In this document: positions 50,572 through 61,612 of the stretch, one piece after another | How the letters are laid out: every line of letters begins with the position of its first letter | Numbering within the stretch: the first letter of the stretch is position 1 | Assembly: GCA_051859245.1 (NCBI GenBank) | Contig: JBHYGA010000001.1 | Location: 896,001 to 960,000 of the forward strand | DNA from: Gemmatimonadaceae bacterium | GTDB lineage: Bacteria; Gemmatimonadota; Gemmatimonadetes; Gemmatimonadales; Gemmatimonadaceae | DNA length: 64,000 nucleotides | Direction: 5' to 3' | Notes under the pieces: generated by a model | Told to the model about the DNA's origin: nothing | Databases searched by the model: none | What the model saw: only the letters and a program-made list of their open reading frames with translations | Position numbers and translations under genes: made by a program

Positions 50572-53045
50572 CAGACGCGCGCCTCCGTTGTTGCCGTACG
50601 ACGCGCTGAGCGGCGAGCGGGCGCCGCCGGCTGCTTTGTCAGCGCATCAGCAACGGCGGGCACCGATTGCGGCATCAATGCATGCTCGAGCACTTCATCC
50701 ATCGATCGCACCGCGTGCCACGTCACACCGTCGCGTGCATCCGTTGGCATCTCGGACAACTCACGCGCATTCGCAAACGGCACAATCACTGCGGACATAT
50801 GCTGCCGGTGCGCAGCCACGCCCTTTTCACGCAAGCCACCAATCGGCAACACACGACCGCGCAATGTGACTTCGCCCGTCATGGCCACATCACCGCGCAC
50901 CGCACGTCCGGTGAGTGCACTCACCATGGCGGTGGCCATCGCAATACCAGCCGACGGACCGTCCTTCGGTGTCGCGCCAGCGGGGACGTGCACGTGCAAA
51001 TCATGACGTTGCAGCGTATCTGCGGCGAGACCAAGACTCTCCAGTCGCGAACGCACCCACGTAAGCGCCGCCGACGCCGACTCTTTCATCACATCGCCGA
51101 GTGTTCCGGTGAGCTGTAAACGACCACGTCCCGGGATCACACTGACTTCAATCTCCAGTATCTCACCGCCAACCGAGGTGTAGGCCAGGCCATTCGCCAC
51201 GCCAACACGGTTTTCAGTACTCGCCATCTCCGCATCGTACGGCGCTACACCCAGATACTCGGCCAGCTGCGCTTCTGTCACGGTGATTGGCAACGCAATA
51301 TCGCCACGCTCCGCGATCGCACGCGTCAGCTTGCGCACCAGCCGCGCAACGCGACGCTCGAGATCCCGCACGCCAGCCTCGCGTGTCCAACCGCGCAGCA
51401 TCGCGGTGAGCACCGCGTCATCGATCACCACATCCGTGGCGGCGAGTCCATGCGCTTCGAGTTGACGCGGCACGAGATAGCGAGAGGCAATCGCGAGCTT
51501 CTCCGGTTCGAGATAACCAGGCAAGCGCACCACTTCCAGACGATCACGCAACGCCTCGGGAATGCCGGGCAGTGAGTTGGCGGTTGTGATGAACAACACC
51601 TGCGACAAATCGTAATCCACTTCGAGATAGTGATCGGCGAACGCGCGATGCTGCTCTGGGTCGAGCACCTCGAGCAGTGCCGAAGCCGGATCTCCGCGCC
51701 AGTCGCTGCCCAGCTTGTCGAGCTCGTCGAGCAACAAGACGGGATTCGTCACCTCTGCACGACGCATTGACTGAATCAGCCGACCGGGAAGGGCGCCCAC
51801 ATACGTGCGGCGATGTCCGCGAATTTCGGCCTCATCTCGCACACCACCAAGCGAGATGCGCACGAACTTGCGACCCATGGCGCGCGCAATGCTGCGCGCG
51901 AGCGACGTTTTACCAACACCGGGAGGACCAACGAGACAGAGAATCGGTCCACGCACAACGCCCACACGCGAGAGCACGGCAATGTGATCGAGAATGCGTT
52001 CTTTGACTTCGGCGAGGCCGTAGTGATCGGCATCCAGCACTTCACGTGCAGTGGTGATGTCGAGGACGTCATCACTCTTTTCGTGCCATGGCAGCGCGGC
52101 AATCCAGTCGAGCCAGCCGCGTGAGACCGCGGCTTCAGGCGACATGGGCGACAACTTGCGCAGGCGGCGAATTTCACGCGTGGCGCGCGTTTGAATGGCC
52201 TCAGGCAGCTTGCGCGCGGCCAGTTGCAACTCGAGTTCGGCGAGCTCGTCACCGTCATCGTTGCCGAGTTCCTTGTGAATCGCCTTGAGCTGCTCCTGCA
52301 GAAAGAACTCGCGTTGATTCTGGAACAGTGAGCCGCGCACCTGATCATCAATGCGACGTTCGAGGCGCAGCAATTCGAGTTCACTCACGAGCACTTCCGC
52401 CACGCGATCGACCAACTCCGCGAGCGACGGTTTGGCGAGCAGTTCCTGACGGACATCGAGAGGCAGCTGCAAATGCGCGGCGATGCCGAAGATCACGCGT
52501 TCGGGATCTTCCAGTGACTGGAGCACACCAACGATTTCCGGCGGCGTGCGACGCTGCAGCCCGGCGTACTCTTCGAACAGCGAGAGTGTGTGGCGTATGC
52601 GAACCGCGAGCTCGGTGAGCCCGTCGTGCGGAAGCTCAAGCGGATACGAACGCACGGTCGCGTGCACCGGCAGCGCGATGCGCGGCGCTCCTTCGTCGCT
52701 CTTGACCTCGCGCGGAAGGGTAAAGCGCGTAATGAGCACACGCTCTTTCGCATCCACGAGGATGCGCGTGGTGCCGTTGGGCATCCGCGTGACATGCTGC
52801 ACGCGCGCGACCACACCGACACGATGCAGCCCTGTTGCGGCGGGCTGTTGATCGTCGGGGTTGCGTTGCGTGACAAGCAGGAGTTCGCGATTCCCTTCAG
52901 CAGCGGCTGCCACAGCAGCGAGCGAACGGGAGCGCCCCACCAGCAGGGGCATGGCCGCATGCGGAAACAGCACAACATCACGCAGCGGCAGAACGGGATA
53001 CCGCGTTGGCGAGTCGCCAGGACGCGGGGCAGGGCGTGGGCTCAG
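50571..53045 (-). CDS. lon: ATP-dependent protease La (probable CTG start)
   Basis: [13 protein letters not shown]-terminus, GPPGVGKTS, catalytic PKDGPSAG and IGGLREK. Confidence 0.95.
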   Translation of the reverse strand: MSPRPAPRPGDSPTRYPVLPLRDVVLFPHAAMPLLVGRSRSLAAVAAAAEGNRELLLVTQRNPDDQQPAATGLHRVGVVARVQHVTRMPNGTTRILVDAKERVLITRFTLPREVKSDEGAPRIALPVHATVRSYPLELPHDGLTELAVRIRHTLSLFEEYAGLQRRTPPEIVGVLQSLEDPERVIFGIAAHLQLPLDVRQELLAKPSLAELVDRVAEVLVSELELLRLERRIDDQVRGSLFQNQREFFLQEQLKAIHKELGNDDGDELAELELQLAARKLPEAIQTRATREIRRLRKLSPMSPEAAVSRGWLDWIAALPWHEKSDDVLDITTAREVLDADHYGLAEVKERILDHIAVLSRVGVVRGPILCLVGPPGVGKTSLARSIARAMGRKFVRISLGGVRDEAEIRGHRRTYVGALPGRLIQSMRRAEVTNPVLLLDELDKLGSDWRGDPASALLEVLDPEQHRAFADHYLEVDYDLSQVLFITTANSLPGIPEALRDRLEVVRLPGYLEPEKLAIASRYLVPRQLEAHGLAATDVVIDDAVLTAMLRGWTREAGVRDLERRVARLVRKLTRAIAERGDIALPITVTEAQLAEYLGVAPYDAEMASTENRVGVANGLAYTSVGGEILEIEVSVIPGRGRLQLTGTLGDVMKESASAALTWVRSRLESLGLAADTLQRHDLHVHVPAGATPKDGPSAGIAMATAMVSALTGRAVRGDVAMTGEVTLRGRVLPIGGLREKGVAAHRQHMSAVIVPFANARELSEMPTDARDGVTWHAVRSMDEVLEHALMPQSVPAVADALTKQPAAPARRSARRTATTEARV

Positions 53046-54310
53046 GCTTCCTTCTTCTGGCGCTTGGGCGCGATCTCCAATAGCGGCGGTCCGCCTCGGG
53101 TGACCGATGCCTCGGTGACTTTCACTTCCACAATGTCATCACGACTTGGCAAGTCGAACATTGTTTCGAGCAGTGTTTCTTCGAGAATGGCGCGCAAACC
53201 ACGCGCACCGGTGCCGCGACGCAGCGCCTTCTCGGCAATCGCACGCAGCGCCGATTCTTCGAACGTGATTTTCACGTCTTCCAGATCGAACAAGCGCTGG
53301 TACTGACGCACCAAGGCGTTCTTCGGCTCCTTGAGAATCTGTACCAACGCCGTTTCGTCGAGCGCGTCGAGCGGGACGCACACCGGCATACGGCCTACGA
53401 GTTCCGGAATGATACCGTAGCGCAGCAAGTCTTCCGGCTCCACTTCAGAGAACGGCGACTTGGCGGTCTCGTTCACCACACCTTCGAGCGGCTCGAGCTC
53501 CGTCTTTTCCGGTCCACCAAATCCGATCTGCCGACGACCAACGCGCGCTTCGATGATCTTTTCCAGGCCATCAAACGCGCCGCCGCAAATGAACAGGATG
53601 TCCTTGGTGTTGATCTGAATGTATTCCTGCTGCGGGTGCTTGCGACCACCCTGCGGCGGCACGGATGCAACAGTGCCTTCGAGGATTTTCAGCAGCGCCT
53701 GCTGCACACCTTCGCCCGACACATCACGCGTGATACTCGGGTTCTCCGATTTGCGCGCGATCTTGTCGATTTCGTCGATGTATACAATGCCGCGTTCGCA
53801 TTCGGCCACGTTGAAATCGCCGGCCTGCAACAAACGTACAAGAATGTTTTCGACGTCTTCGCCAACGTAGCCCGCTTCGGTGAGCGTGGTCGCGTCGGCA
53901 ATCGTGAACGGCACATCGAGAATACGCGCCAGCGTCTGCGCGAGCAGTGTTTTGCCAACACCGGTCGGACCAATAAGCAGGATATTCGACTTGTCGAGCT
54001 CGACATCATCTTCGCGCGCATTGGCGGCCGCGTTGATGCGCTTGTAGTGGTTGTACACGGCCACTGACAGCGCCTTCTTGGCCCGTTCCTGTCCGATCAC
54101 GTACTGATCCAGCGTCGCCTTGATTTCGCGAGGCGACGGGACCTGCGTGATCGCTTCCGTTACCTCACGCTCCTCATCTTCGGCCAGGATCTCATTGCAG
54201 AGCGCGATGCACTCATTGCAAATGTAGACCGACGGCCCGGAAATGAACTTCCGGACGGCGTCCTTGGACTTTCCGCAGAATGAGCAGCGCAGATGCTTGT
54301 CTTGGGACAT
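53042..54310 (-). CDS. clpX: ATP-dependent Clp protease ATPase subunit
   Basis: CSFCGK zinc finger, [18 protein letters not shown] and IGF loop. Confidence 0.99.
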   Translation of the reverse strand: MSQDKHLRCSFCGKSKDAVRKFISGPSVYICNECIALCNEILAEDEEREVTEAITQVPSPREIKATLDQYVIGQERAKKALSVAVYNHYKRINAAANAREDDVELDKSNILLIGPTGVGKTLLAQTLARILDVPFTIADATTLTEAGYVGEDVENILVRLLQAGDFNVAECERGIVYIDEIDKIARKSENPSITRDVSGEGVQQALLKILEGTVASVPPQGGRKHPQQEYIQINTKDILFICGGAFDGLEKIIEARVGRRQIGFGGPEKTELEPLEGVVNETAKSPFSEVEPEDLLRYGIIPELVGRMPVCVPLDALDETALVQILKEPKNALVRQYQRLFDLEDVKITFEESALRAIAEKALRRGTGARGLRAILEETLLETMFDLPSRDDIVEVKVTEASVTRGGPPLLEIAPKRQKKEA

Positions 54311-54463
54311 GTCGGCGAGCAGGGGGACGGGAAACGGGGAAGACCCCGGGTAGCTATATGAACTAACCCGAAGTCGGCCGAAGGGTCAAGCTGACGGGCG
54401 GTTCTTGCTTCATTCGGACTTAGTCTCGGCGGGAGGCGAGGAAATCTGGAGGGTCAGCGGCAG

Positions 54464-54682
54464 TTCCTGATTCGGTCTTTCGGCCCAGTTGCGGGAGCCC
54501 AAGGCCATTTGGCCTTTCGGCCTCACCGTTTCGAAACGTGCACAAGGCTGAGATGCCGGGCGGTTCCGTAACGACACCTAACAGCCGGAGATGGGTGCTC
54601 CGTGCAGCCTTTCGAAAATGAGAGGCCGAAAGGCCAAATGGCCTTGGGCTCCCGCAACTGGGCCGAATGACCGAATCGGGAA
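54464..54682. repeat. Palindromic element, left copy (about 80-bp arms)
   Basis: 54464-54543 is the near-perfect reverse complement of 54602-54682, including a 46-bp perfect stretch. Confidence 0.95.
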
Positions 54683-54758
54683 ACGCAACGGCGTGGAGGT
54701 GATGCTGGGTCGAGGGAAATGGTGATGGACACGCGGGATAGGTGTGCAATCCTGACCA

Positions 54759-55142
54759 ATGCGCGACTTCAGGCGGCTCTATGTGTGGCAGCAGGCGCAT
54801 GCGCTCACGTTGGCGGTGTATGCGGCGTCCTCCGACGTTCCGAGGACTGGATACCCAGGGCTCGTCACGCAGCTCCGACGAGCTGCGGCAGCGATTCCCA
54901 CGAATATCGCAGAAGGGTGCGGACACAGCTCAAGAAAGGAGTTCGCGCGCTTCCTGCAGGTCGCGGTGGCCTCGTCGGTCGAGACGGAGTATCACCTGCA
55001 ACTGTGCCATGACCTCGGCGTCATGGAAGCCGCGGCGTCCTCAAAGCTCATCGCCGACACCAACCGGGTCCGTCGCCAGATCGCTTCCCTCCTCGCCAAA
55101 GTCCGCGACGAACTCCCAAACTCGCCCCCGCGTGCCGTCTGA
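54759..55142 (+). CDS. Four helix bundle protein (23S rRNA intervening-sequence protein family, TIGR02436/PF05635)
   Basis: MRDFRRLYVWQQAH...QLRRAAAAIPTNIAEG...EFARFLQVAVASSVETEYHL. Confidence 0.93.
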   Translation: MRDFRRLYVWQQAHALTLAVYAASSDVPRTGYPGLVTQLRRAAAAIPTNIAEGCGHSSRKEFARFLQVAVASSVETEYHLQLCHDLGVMEAAASSKLIADTNRVRRQIASLLAKVRDELPNSPPRAV

Positions 55143-55362
55143 TTCGGTCATTCGGCCCAGTAGGCGGAGCCCATGGCCATTCGGCCTTTCGGCCTCCCGT
55201 TTTCGCAAGGCCGCACAGAGCACCAACACTGGGCTGGTCTCCGCGCCGATCAAACTGTAACCACCCGGCATTCGAGCTCGGTGCGAGCTTGCGAAAACGG
55301 GAGGCCGAAAGGCCAAATGGCCGTGGGCTCCTTCCACAACGGCCGAATGGACGAATCAGGAA
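55139..55362. repeat. Palindromic element, right copy (inverted relative to the left copy)
   Basis: Arms CTGATTCGGTCATTCGGCC... and ...GGCCGAATGGACGAATCAG. Its loop is the diverged reverse complement of the left loop. Confidence 0.93.
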
Positions 55363-55396
55363 AAGCAAAACGGCGGGCGCGTGAGCGCCCGCCGTT
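55361..55396 (-). terminator. Intrinsic terminator downstream of clpP
   Basis: Minus strand AACGGCGGGCGC-TCAC-GCGCCCGCCGTT followed by TTGCTTTT. Confidence 0.8.
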
Positions 55397-55417
55397 CCAA
55401 ACTCGAACAGAGAAAAA

Positions 55418-56044
55418 CTAGTTCTTCGCCGCCGCTGCTGCTGCGACCAGCTCAGCATCCGTGGCGATCACATTATCAATCAGGCCGTACACCTTAGCCT
55501 CTTCCGCCGACAGGAACCGATCGCGGTCCGTATCCCGCTCGATCTGCTCCACCGGCCGGCCCGTGTGCTTGGCCATCAACTCATTCATCTTCGCGCGGAG
55601 ATACAGGATCTCGCGCGCCTGAATCTCAATATCCGATGCCGAGCCACCGCCGCCGTTCTGTGACGGCTGGTGAATCATCACGCGGGCGTGCGGCAGTGCC
55701 GCGCGCTTGCCGGGCTCGCCGGCGCAGAGGAGAAACGCTCCCATGCTGGCGGCCATTCCCATGCACGTGGTGTGCACGGGCGACTTGATGAACTGCATCG
55801 TGTCGTAGATCGCCATGCCGGCCGAAACGCTGCCGCCGGGCGAGTTGATGTACAGGTTGATGGGCTTGTCCGGGTTGTCGGCGTACAGGAACAGCAACTG
55901 CGCGATGATCACATTGGCCACATCGTCATTCACCGGCGTGCCGAGAAAGACAATGCGGTCCATGAGCAACCGCGAGAAGATGTCGTACGACCGCTCACCG
56001 CGGGACGAGCGTTCAATGATGTACGGCGTGTAAATCGTGGGCAT
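55418..56044 (-). CDS. clpP: Clp protease proteolytic subunit
   Basis: [25 protein letters not shown] and ERDTDRD. Confidence 0.98.
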   Translation of the reverse strand: MPTIYTPYIIERSSRGERSYDIFSRLLMDRIVFLGTPVNDDVANVIIAQLLFLYADNPDKPINLYINSPGGSVSAGMAIYDTMQFIKSPVHTTCMGMAASMGAFLLCAGEPGKRAALPHARVMIHQPSQNGGGGSASDIEIQAREILYLRAKMNELMAKHTGRPVEQIERDTDRDRFLSAEEAKVYGLIDNVIATDAELVAAAAAAKN

Positions 56045-56069
56045 GGTTTGCTCTTGAGACTGGTGCGGG

Positions 56070-57314
56070 TCAGCCCGCAGTCACGGTATTGCGTTCGAGG
56101 AGCCAGGTGAACACACGTTCTTCGGTCAGCTCACGTTCAATTTCCGGGAGCCGCCCACCCTTCTGGAGCTGCGCGTACACCTGGCCCGGATCGACGTTCC
56201 GGGCCTTCGCGAGCTCTTCGATCTTCGCATCAATATCCGATTCCGTCGCCTTCAGTGATTCACGTTCGGCCAACGTATCAATGATCACGTCGCGCTGCAC
56301 CTGACGCGCGGCCATCGGGCGGAACTCTTCCGCAAAACGGCTCAGTTCTTCTTCCGGGATCTGATACATCCGACCATACCCTTCAATCAACTGACGCACC
56401 CACGCGTCGGGCACCTCAAACGGATTGGCGTCAATCACCTGCTCGATGAGTTTGGCGCGCACTTCTGCATCGGCTTCACGCTTGAAGTGCGCGCTCATGT
56501 CCACGCGCACACCTTCGGTCAACGCTGCGACCGAGTCGAAATCACCGACTTCGCGTGCAAAGGCATCATCGAGCTCGGGCAGCAGCTTGCGCTTCACATC
56601 CGTCAGCGTCACGCGCGTCATTTTCGACACGCCCTGCTGCGTTTCGTCAGGGAAGTCATCGGGCCACTTGACCGGACGCTCCACCGTTTCGCCCGGTGCC
56701 GCTTCCATGATGAGTTCTTCAATGCCTGGAATGGCCTGACCACCGCCGAGTGTAATGCGATACTCGCGGCTCTCCGGCATCGTGCCGTCCGCGTCGGCGG
56801 TAGAGAGCTGCACCGTGACCATGTCACCCGGCAGCGCCTTCTCGTTCACCGGCGTCCACGTGGCCTTCTGCTCACGCAGGCGATCGATCTGTTCGGTGAC
56901 CGCGTCGTCGGTGACCGCGGGCTCCGTGCGGGTGACCGTGAAGCCTTCCACCTGGCTGAGCACCACGTCCGGGCGCACTTCAAAGTGCAACTCAAACGTG
57001 AGGTCCGTGCCGGGCTCAAACTTGAGGTCGTGCACGTGCGGCTGCGCCGCCAGCTTGAGCGTCTCGTCGGAGATCACCTGCTTGAATGCGTCGTTTACGA
57101 TCGTCTCGATCGCTTCCTGACGGATCGCTTCCGCAAACTTTTTGCGAACGACTGCGGCGGGCGCCTTGCCCTGACGGAAGCCCGGCATGCGGACTTTGGT
57201 GGCGTATTTCTTGGCAGCCTTGTCTTCGGCGGCCGACACGGCATCAGCGGGAACCGCGACCTGCAAGCGGCGCTGGACTCCCGTGGATTCAGTCGGCGTA
57301 ATGGTGATTGTCAT
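56070..57314 (-). CDS. tig: Trigger factor
   Basis: PGFRQGKAP signature, FKBP domain and LPELDDAFA. Synteny with clpP. Confidence 0.95.
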   Translation of the reverse strand: MTITITPTESTGVQRRLQVAVPADAVSAAEDKAAKKYATKVRMPGFRQGKAPAAVVRKKFAEAIRQEAIETIVNDAFKQVISDETLKLAAQPHVHDLKFEPGTDLTFELHFEVRPDVVLSQVEGFTVTRTEPAVTDDAVTEQIDRLREQKATWTPVNEKALPGDMVTVQLSTADADGTMPESREYRITLGGGQAIPGIEELIMEAAPGETVERPVKWPDDFPDETQQGVSKMTRVTLTDVKRKLLPELDDAFAREVGDFDSVAALTEGVRVDMSAHFKREADAEVRAKLIEQVIDANPFEVPDAWVRQLIEGYGRMYQIPEEELSRFAEEFRPMAARQVQRDVIIDTLAERESLKATESDIDAKIEELAKARNVDPGQVYAQLQKGGRLPEIERELTEERVFTWLLERNTVTAG

Positions 57315-57357
57315 GATTCGGAAATGGACGCAGGGAAGGGTGAATCTTTAAAGATAG

Positions 57358-58884
57358 TCAGGGCGCCCGTGCGGCCACAGGCTCCGGACGCACCACCCGA
57401 CGCCCGCTGCGCCCGGGGGCGGCCCCGATCGTGTCGGCCACGATCTTGCCCGAGCTGATCACGCCCGGCAGCCCTGCGCCCGGATGCGTCCCCGCGCCGG
57501 CAAAATACAAGTTCGGGATGTCCCGATCCTTGTTGTGTGGACGCCAGTAGGCCGACTGGAACAGCGTTGGCTGTACTGAGAAGGCGCTGCCGAGGTAACT
57601 GTTGAGCGTGTCACGGAAATAGCGTGGATCCACGCGACTCTCCGATACCACATGCTGCCGCAGGTCCGGGAGATAACGTTCTTCCAGATACTCCATGATG
57701 CGATCGCGGTATCGCTGCCCGACTTTTTCCCAGTCCACATCGCCGCCAAGATGCGGCACAGGCGAGAGCACATACCAGCAATCGTGCCCTGGCGGCGCCA
57801 GCGAGGGATCGGTGGCACTCGGTCGGTGCAGGTACAACGAAAAATCATCGGCGAGCAGTTTGCGTTCGAAAATGTCTTCAAGCAGTTGCTTGTACCGCGG
57901 CCCCATGATGATCTCGTGGTGTGCCACGTTCTCGTACTTGCGAGTGGTGCCAAAGTAGATCACGAACAGCGACATGGAGTAGTCATAACTCTCCAGCTTC
58001 TTGTTCGTCATGCGGGGACGCGCCCACGCTGGCACCAGCTGGCGATACGTCTGGGCAACGTCACCGTTTGATACCACCGCGTCGGCAGTCAGTACTTCGC
58101 CACCAGCCAGCGTAATGCCGGTGGTGCGCTTGGTATTGCGATCCACGTTGATGGCCGTGACTTCACTCTCGTAGCGAATCGTGCCGCCGATATCGGCGAA
58201 GAGTCGCACCAGCGCCTTCACGAGTGCGCCGGTTCCGCCCATGGCAAACCACACGCCCCACTCGCGCTCCAGTGTATGAATGAGCGCGTAAATGGACGAC
58301 GACGAAAACGGATTGCCACCAACCAGCAGCGGATGAAAACTGAACACCTGACGCAGGCGATCGTCCTTGACGAACTGCGAGGTGTACGCCGCCACGCTGC
58401 GGTCGGCGCGAAGTCGTACGAGATCTGGCAGCACCTTGAGCATCGACGTGTATGTGGGGAATGGCTTGTCGATCAGTGCCATACCCGTCTTGAAAATGTC
58501 CGCCGTACGCGTCACGAACTTTTCATAGCCGGCCACGTCGTCCGCGTTGAACCGCGCGACTTCGCTGCGAAGATGTTCAGGGTTGCCGTTGTAATGAAAC
58601 ACGCTGCCGTCTTCGAACCGGATGTTGTAAAACGGATCAAGCAACTTGAGCTCGATGTAATCTTCCGTTTTCACACCGCACAGTTCAAAGAGATCGTGCA
58701 AGAGCCACGGCGCCGTGATAATCGTGGGCCCCGCATCGAACGTGAATCCATCGCGTTCGAACACGTACGCACGTCCACCTGGCTTGTCGAGTTTCTCGAC
58801 AATCGTGACGTCATGCCCCTGAGCCTGCAATCGAATCGCGGCCGCTAAACCACCAAAGCCACTGCCAATGACGAGGATGCGCAT
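57358..58884 (-). CDS. crtI: Phytoene desaturase
   Basis: GSGFGG, FDAGPT, LLVGGNP and GAGTHPGAGLPGV. Confidence 0.95.
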   Translation of the reverse strand: MRILVIGSGFGGLAAAIRLQAQGHDVTIVEKLDKPGGRAYVFERDGFTFDAGPTIITAPWLLHDLFELCGVKTEDYIELKLLDPFYNIRFEDGSVFHYNGNPEHLRSEVARFNADDVAGYEKFVTRTADIFKTGMALIDKPFPTYTSMLKVLPDLVRLRADRSVAAYTSQFVKDDRLRQVFSFHPLLVGGNPFSSSSIYALIHTLEREWGVWFAMGGTGALVKALVRLFADIGGTIRYESEVTAINVDRNTKRTTGITLAGGEVLTADAVVSNGDVAQTYRQLVPAWARPRMTNKKLESYDYSMSLFVIYFGTTRKYENVAHHEIIMGPRYKQLLEDIFERKLLADDFSLYLHRPSATDPSLAPPGHDCWYVLSPVPHLGGDVDWEKVGQRYRDRIMEYLEERYLPDLRQHVVSESRVDPRYFRDTLNSYLGSAFSVQPTLFQSAYWRPHNKDRDIPNLYFAGAGTHPGAGLPGVISSGKIVADTIGAAPGRSGRRVVRPEPVAARAP

Positions 58885-58912
58885 GTCTCGCTAATGCTGA
58901 GGACACCACAGG

Positions 58913-59182
58913 CTACCGACGTGAGATCAGCGTCAGATGCCAGATGTGGAAAACGAGCGCCGACGTCAGCGCGATGATGAACACCAGTGACGGGTTGGCC
59001 AGTGCCCGGATCGCGTACAGCGCGACAACGAACGCCAGGCCGGCGCCAAGAAATGAGCAGACCGCCAGCGGTCTGGGGCCACGTCCCGTGCGTGCATGAT
59101 ACGCCACCAGGACGGCTGCTTCGCAGATGATTGCCACCATCACCAGCTGCAGGAACAGCGGCGACTCGACGAACGCAATCAT
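58913..59182 (-). CDS. Small membrane protein in the carotenoid cluster
   Basis: About 3 hydrophobic helices. Co-oriented between cruF and crtI. Confidence 0.65.
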   Translation of the reverse strand: MIAFVESPLFLQLVMVAIICEAAVLVAYHARTGRGPRPLAVCSFLGAGLAFVVALYAIRALANPSLVFIIALTSALVFHIWHLTLISRR

Positions 59183-59251
59183 GCTGCGCATGCGATGCTC
59201 ACGGGCACATCGGGAAACACGATGGCGAGCGAACCAACGCTCGCCCGATCG

Positions 59252-60226
59252 TCAGTCGCCGGCCATGGCAACGTCGCGCACACCGACACCGCTGCGTGAC
59301 GCGCGCGCATCGTTCGCCACGGGGGAGCCCGCACGCCACGCGAGTCCGAGCGGTACAGCCATCGCAATAAAGCCGAGAATGCCCGCCCATGGCATATCCT
59401 GCCGCAAGCAGATCGCGATCGGCAGCAATCCATTCACGCCGTACAACACGAGCGGAAACTTGCTCGGCGCGACATTCCGCGCCCAGACGCTGGGCGGAAC
59501 AATCGCCAACATCAAACGCGCCACGATGATGCCGGTGAGCAACCAGCCCATCCAGTTCGTGAGCGGCATGCCATAGAACATTTCGCGACCAATGAACTGC
59601 GAGAAGGCCGACGCATTGCTCAGATCAGGGATGTCCCAGATCCAGTGCTGCGTTTTGACCATTGCCGGATCCATCGACACATCCCACGCCGTGAGTACGA
59701 GGCCTGCCATGAGCGCCCAGTACCAGCGGGACGTGCTATCGTCCTTCGCCTGCAACAGTCGTCCGCAGATCGCGAGCGACGCGTACAGCATGAAGAACCA
59801 GCTCGTGGGGATGTTGAACGGCACGAGATCAAGGATCTTGTACCCGAGCAGCGACGTGTATCCGTACACGCCAAACGGCAGACCCGTGGACGTGCCGAGC
59901 AACTCCGAACCGAGCGAAACGACGAAGCTCACGCCAAAAATCGTGAGCGCGCGACGCGATCCAAGTTTGCCCATCGCGTGCAAAATGCCCGCGAGCGCAC
60001 CGGCGACAACGGTGGTCTGTCCGCCCCACGCGTAGCCGATCGAATACACTTTCATATTCGTGGGCGTGTTCAGCCACGCCGGCAACGGCGGCGACAGGAA
60101 CGTGGCGAACGCGAACGCGGAGAACGCGCTCATCACGGCATGGATGCCCAGAAAAATGAGCGCCACGCGCAACAGGCCCGCAGACTGATCCTGCTCAGCA
60201 GATGTAGTAGAAGACAACGCAGTCAT
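59252..60226 (-). CDS. cruF: CruF-like carotenoid 1,2-hydratase (DUF422 family)
   Basis: SELLGTSTGLPFGVYGY, VPFNIPTSW, WDVSMDP and GMPLTNWMGW. Confidence 0.82.
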   Translation of the reverse strand: MTALSSTTSAEQDQSAGLLRVALIFLGIHAVMSAFSAFAFATFLSPPLPAWLNTPTNMKVYSIGYAWGGQTTVVAGALAGILHAMGKLGSRRALTIFGVSFVVSLGSELLGTSTGLPFGVYGYTSLLGYKILDLVPFNIPTSWFFMLYASLAICGRLLQAKDDSTSRWYWALMAGLVLTAWDVSMDPAMVKTQHWIWDIPDLSNASAFSQFIGREMFYGMPLTNWMGWLLTGIIVARLMLAIVPPSVWARNVAPSKFPLVLYGVNGLLPIAICLRQDMPWAGILGFIAMAVPLGLAWRAGSPVANDARASRSGVGVRDVAMAGD

Positions 60227-60250
60227 AAGAAAGCAGAGAGGTCGGTGCGC

Positions 60251-61318
<1,068 letters not shown>

Positions 61319-61520
61319 GCGTTGTACCACACCGGCGTGAGGAGACATGCCATACGTAGAAAGTCCGGGATCGTGTATCGCCAAGGGGAGGCATCTGGTG
61401 AAAGACGTCGCCCGAACTGCGGAGCGGCTCTTAACTGCAAGTGAACGCATTGCCCGGGAACCCGTTCCCGAACGCAGAGCACAAATCAGCCAGCACTACA
61501 GTGCCGCGTCGAGACGCCAC

Positions 61521-61538
61521 TGTCAACCGCGATTGACA
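61521..61538. promoter_or_regulatory. Palindrome TGTCAA-N6-TTGACA (TGT-N12-ACA, PpsR/CrtJ-type) upstream of crtB
   Basis: TGTCAACCGCGATTGACA in the divergent intergenic region. Confidence 0.4.
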
Positions 61539-61612
61539 CTTTGGGGACGGATTCCACAGAGGATCAAGGATGACCCCTAGCACCTCGGCGAGCGCCTTCT
61601 ATACTCCGCTCT

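Larger units (their letters stand above)
54464..55362. mobile_element. Putative insertion element: four-helix-bundle gene between inverted palindromic repeats
   Basis: Perfect 11-bp outer IR TTCCTGATTCG/CGAATCAGGAA. Interrupts the normally adjacent clpP-clpX pair. No transposase and no clear TSD. Confidence 0.5.

Noticed and set aside
54464..55362. CRISPR array, IS element or complete DGR
   Set aside because: No repeat-spacer periodicity, transposase, reverse transcriptase or TR/VR pair in the window.
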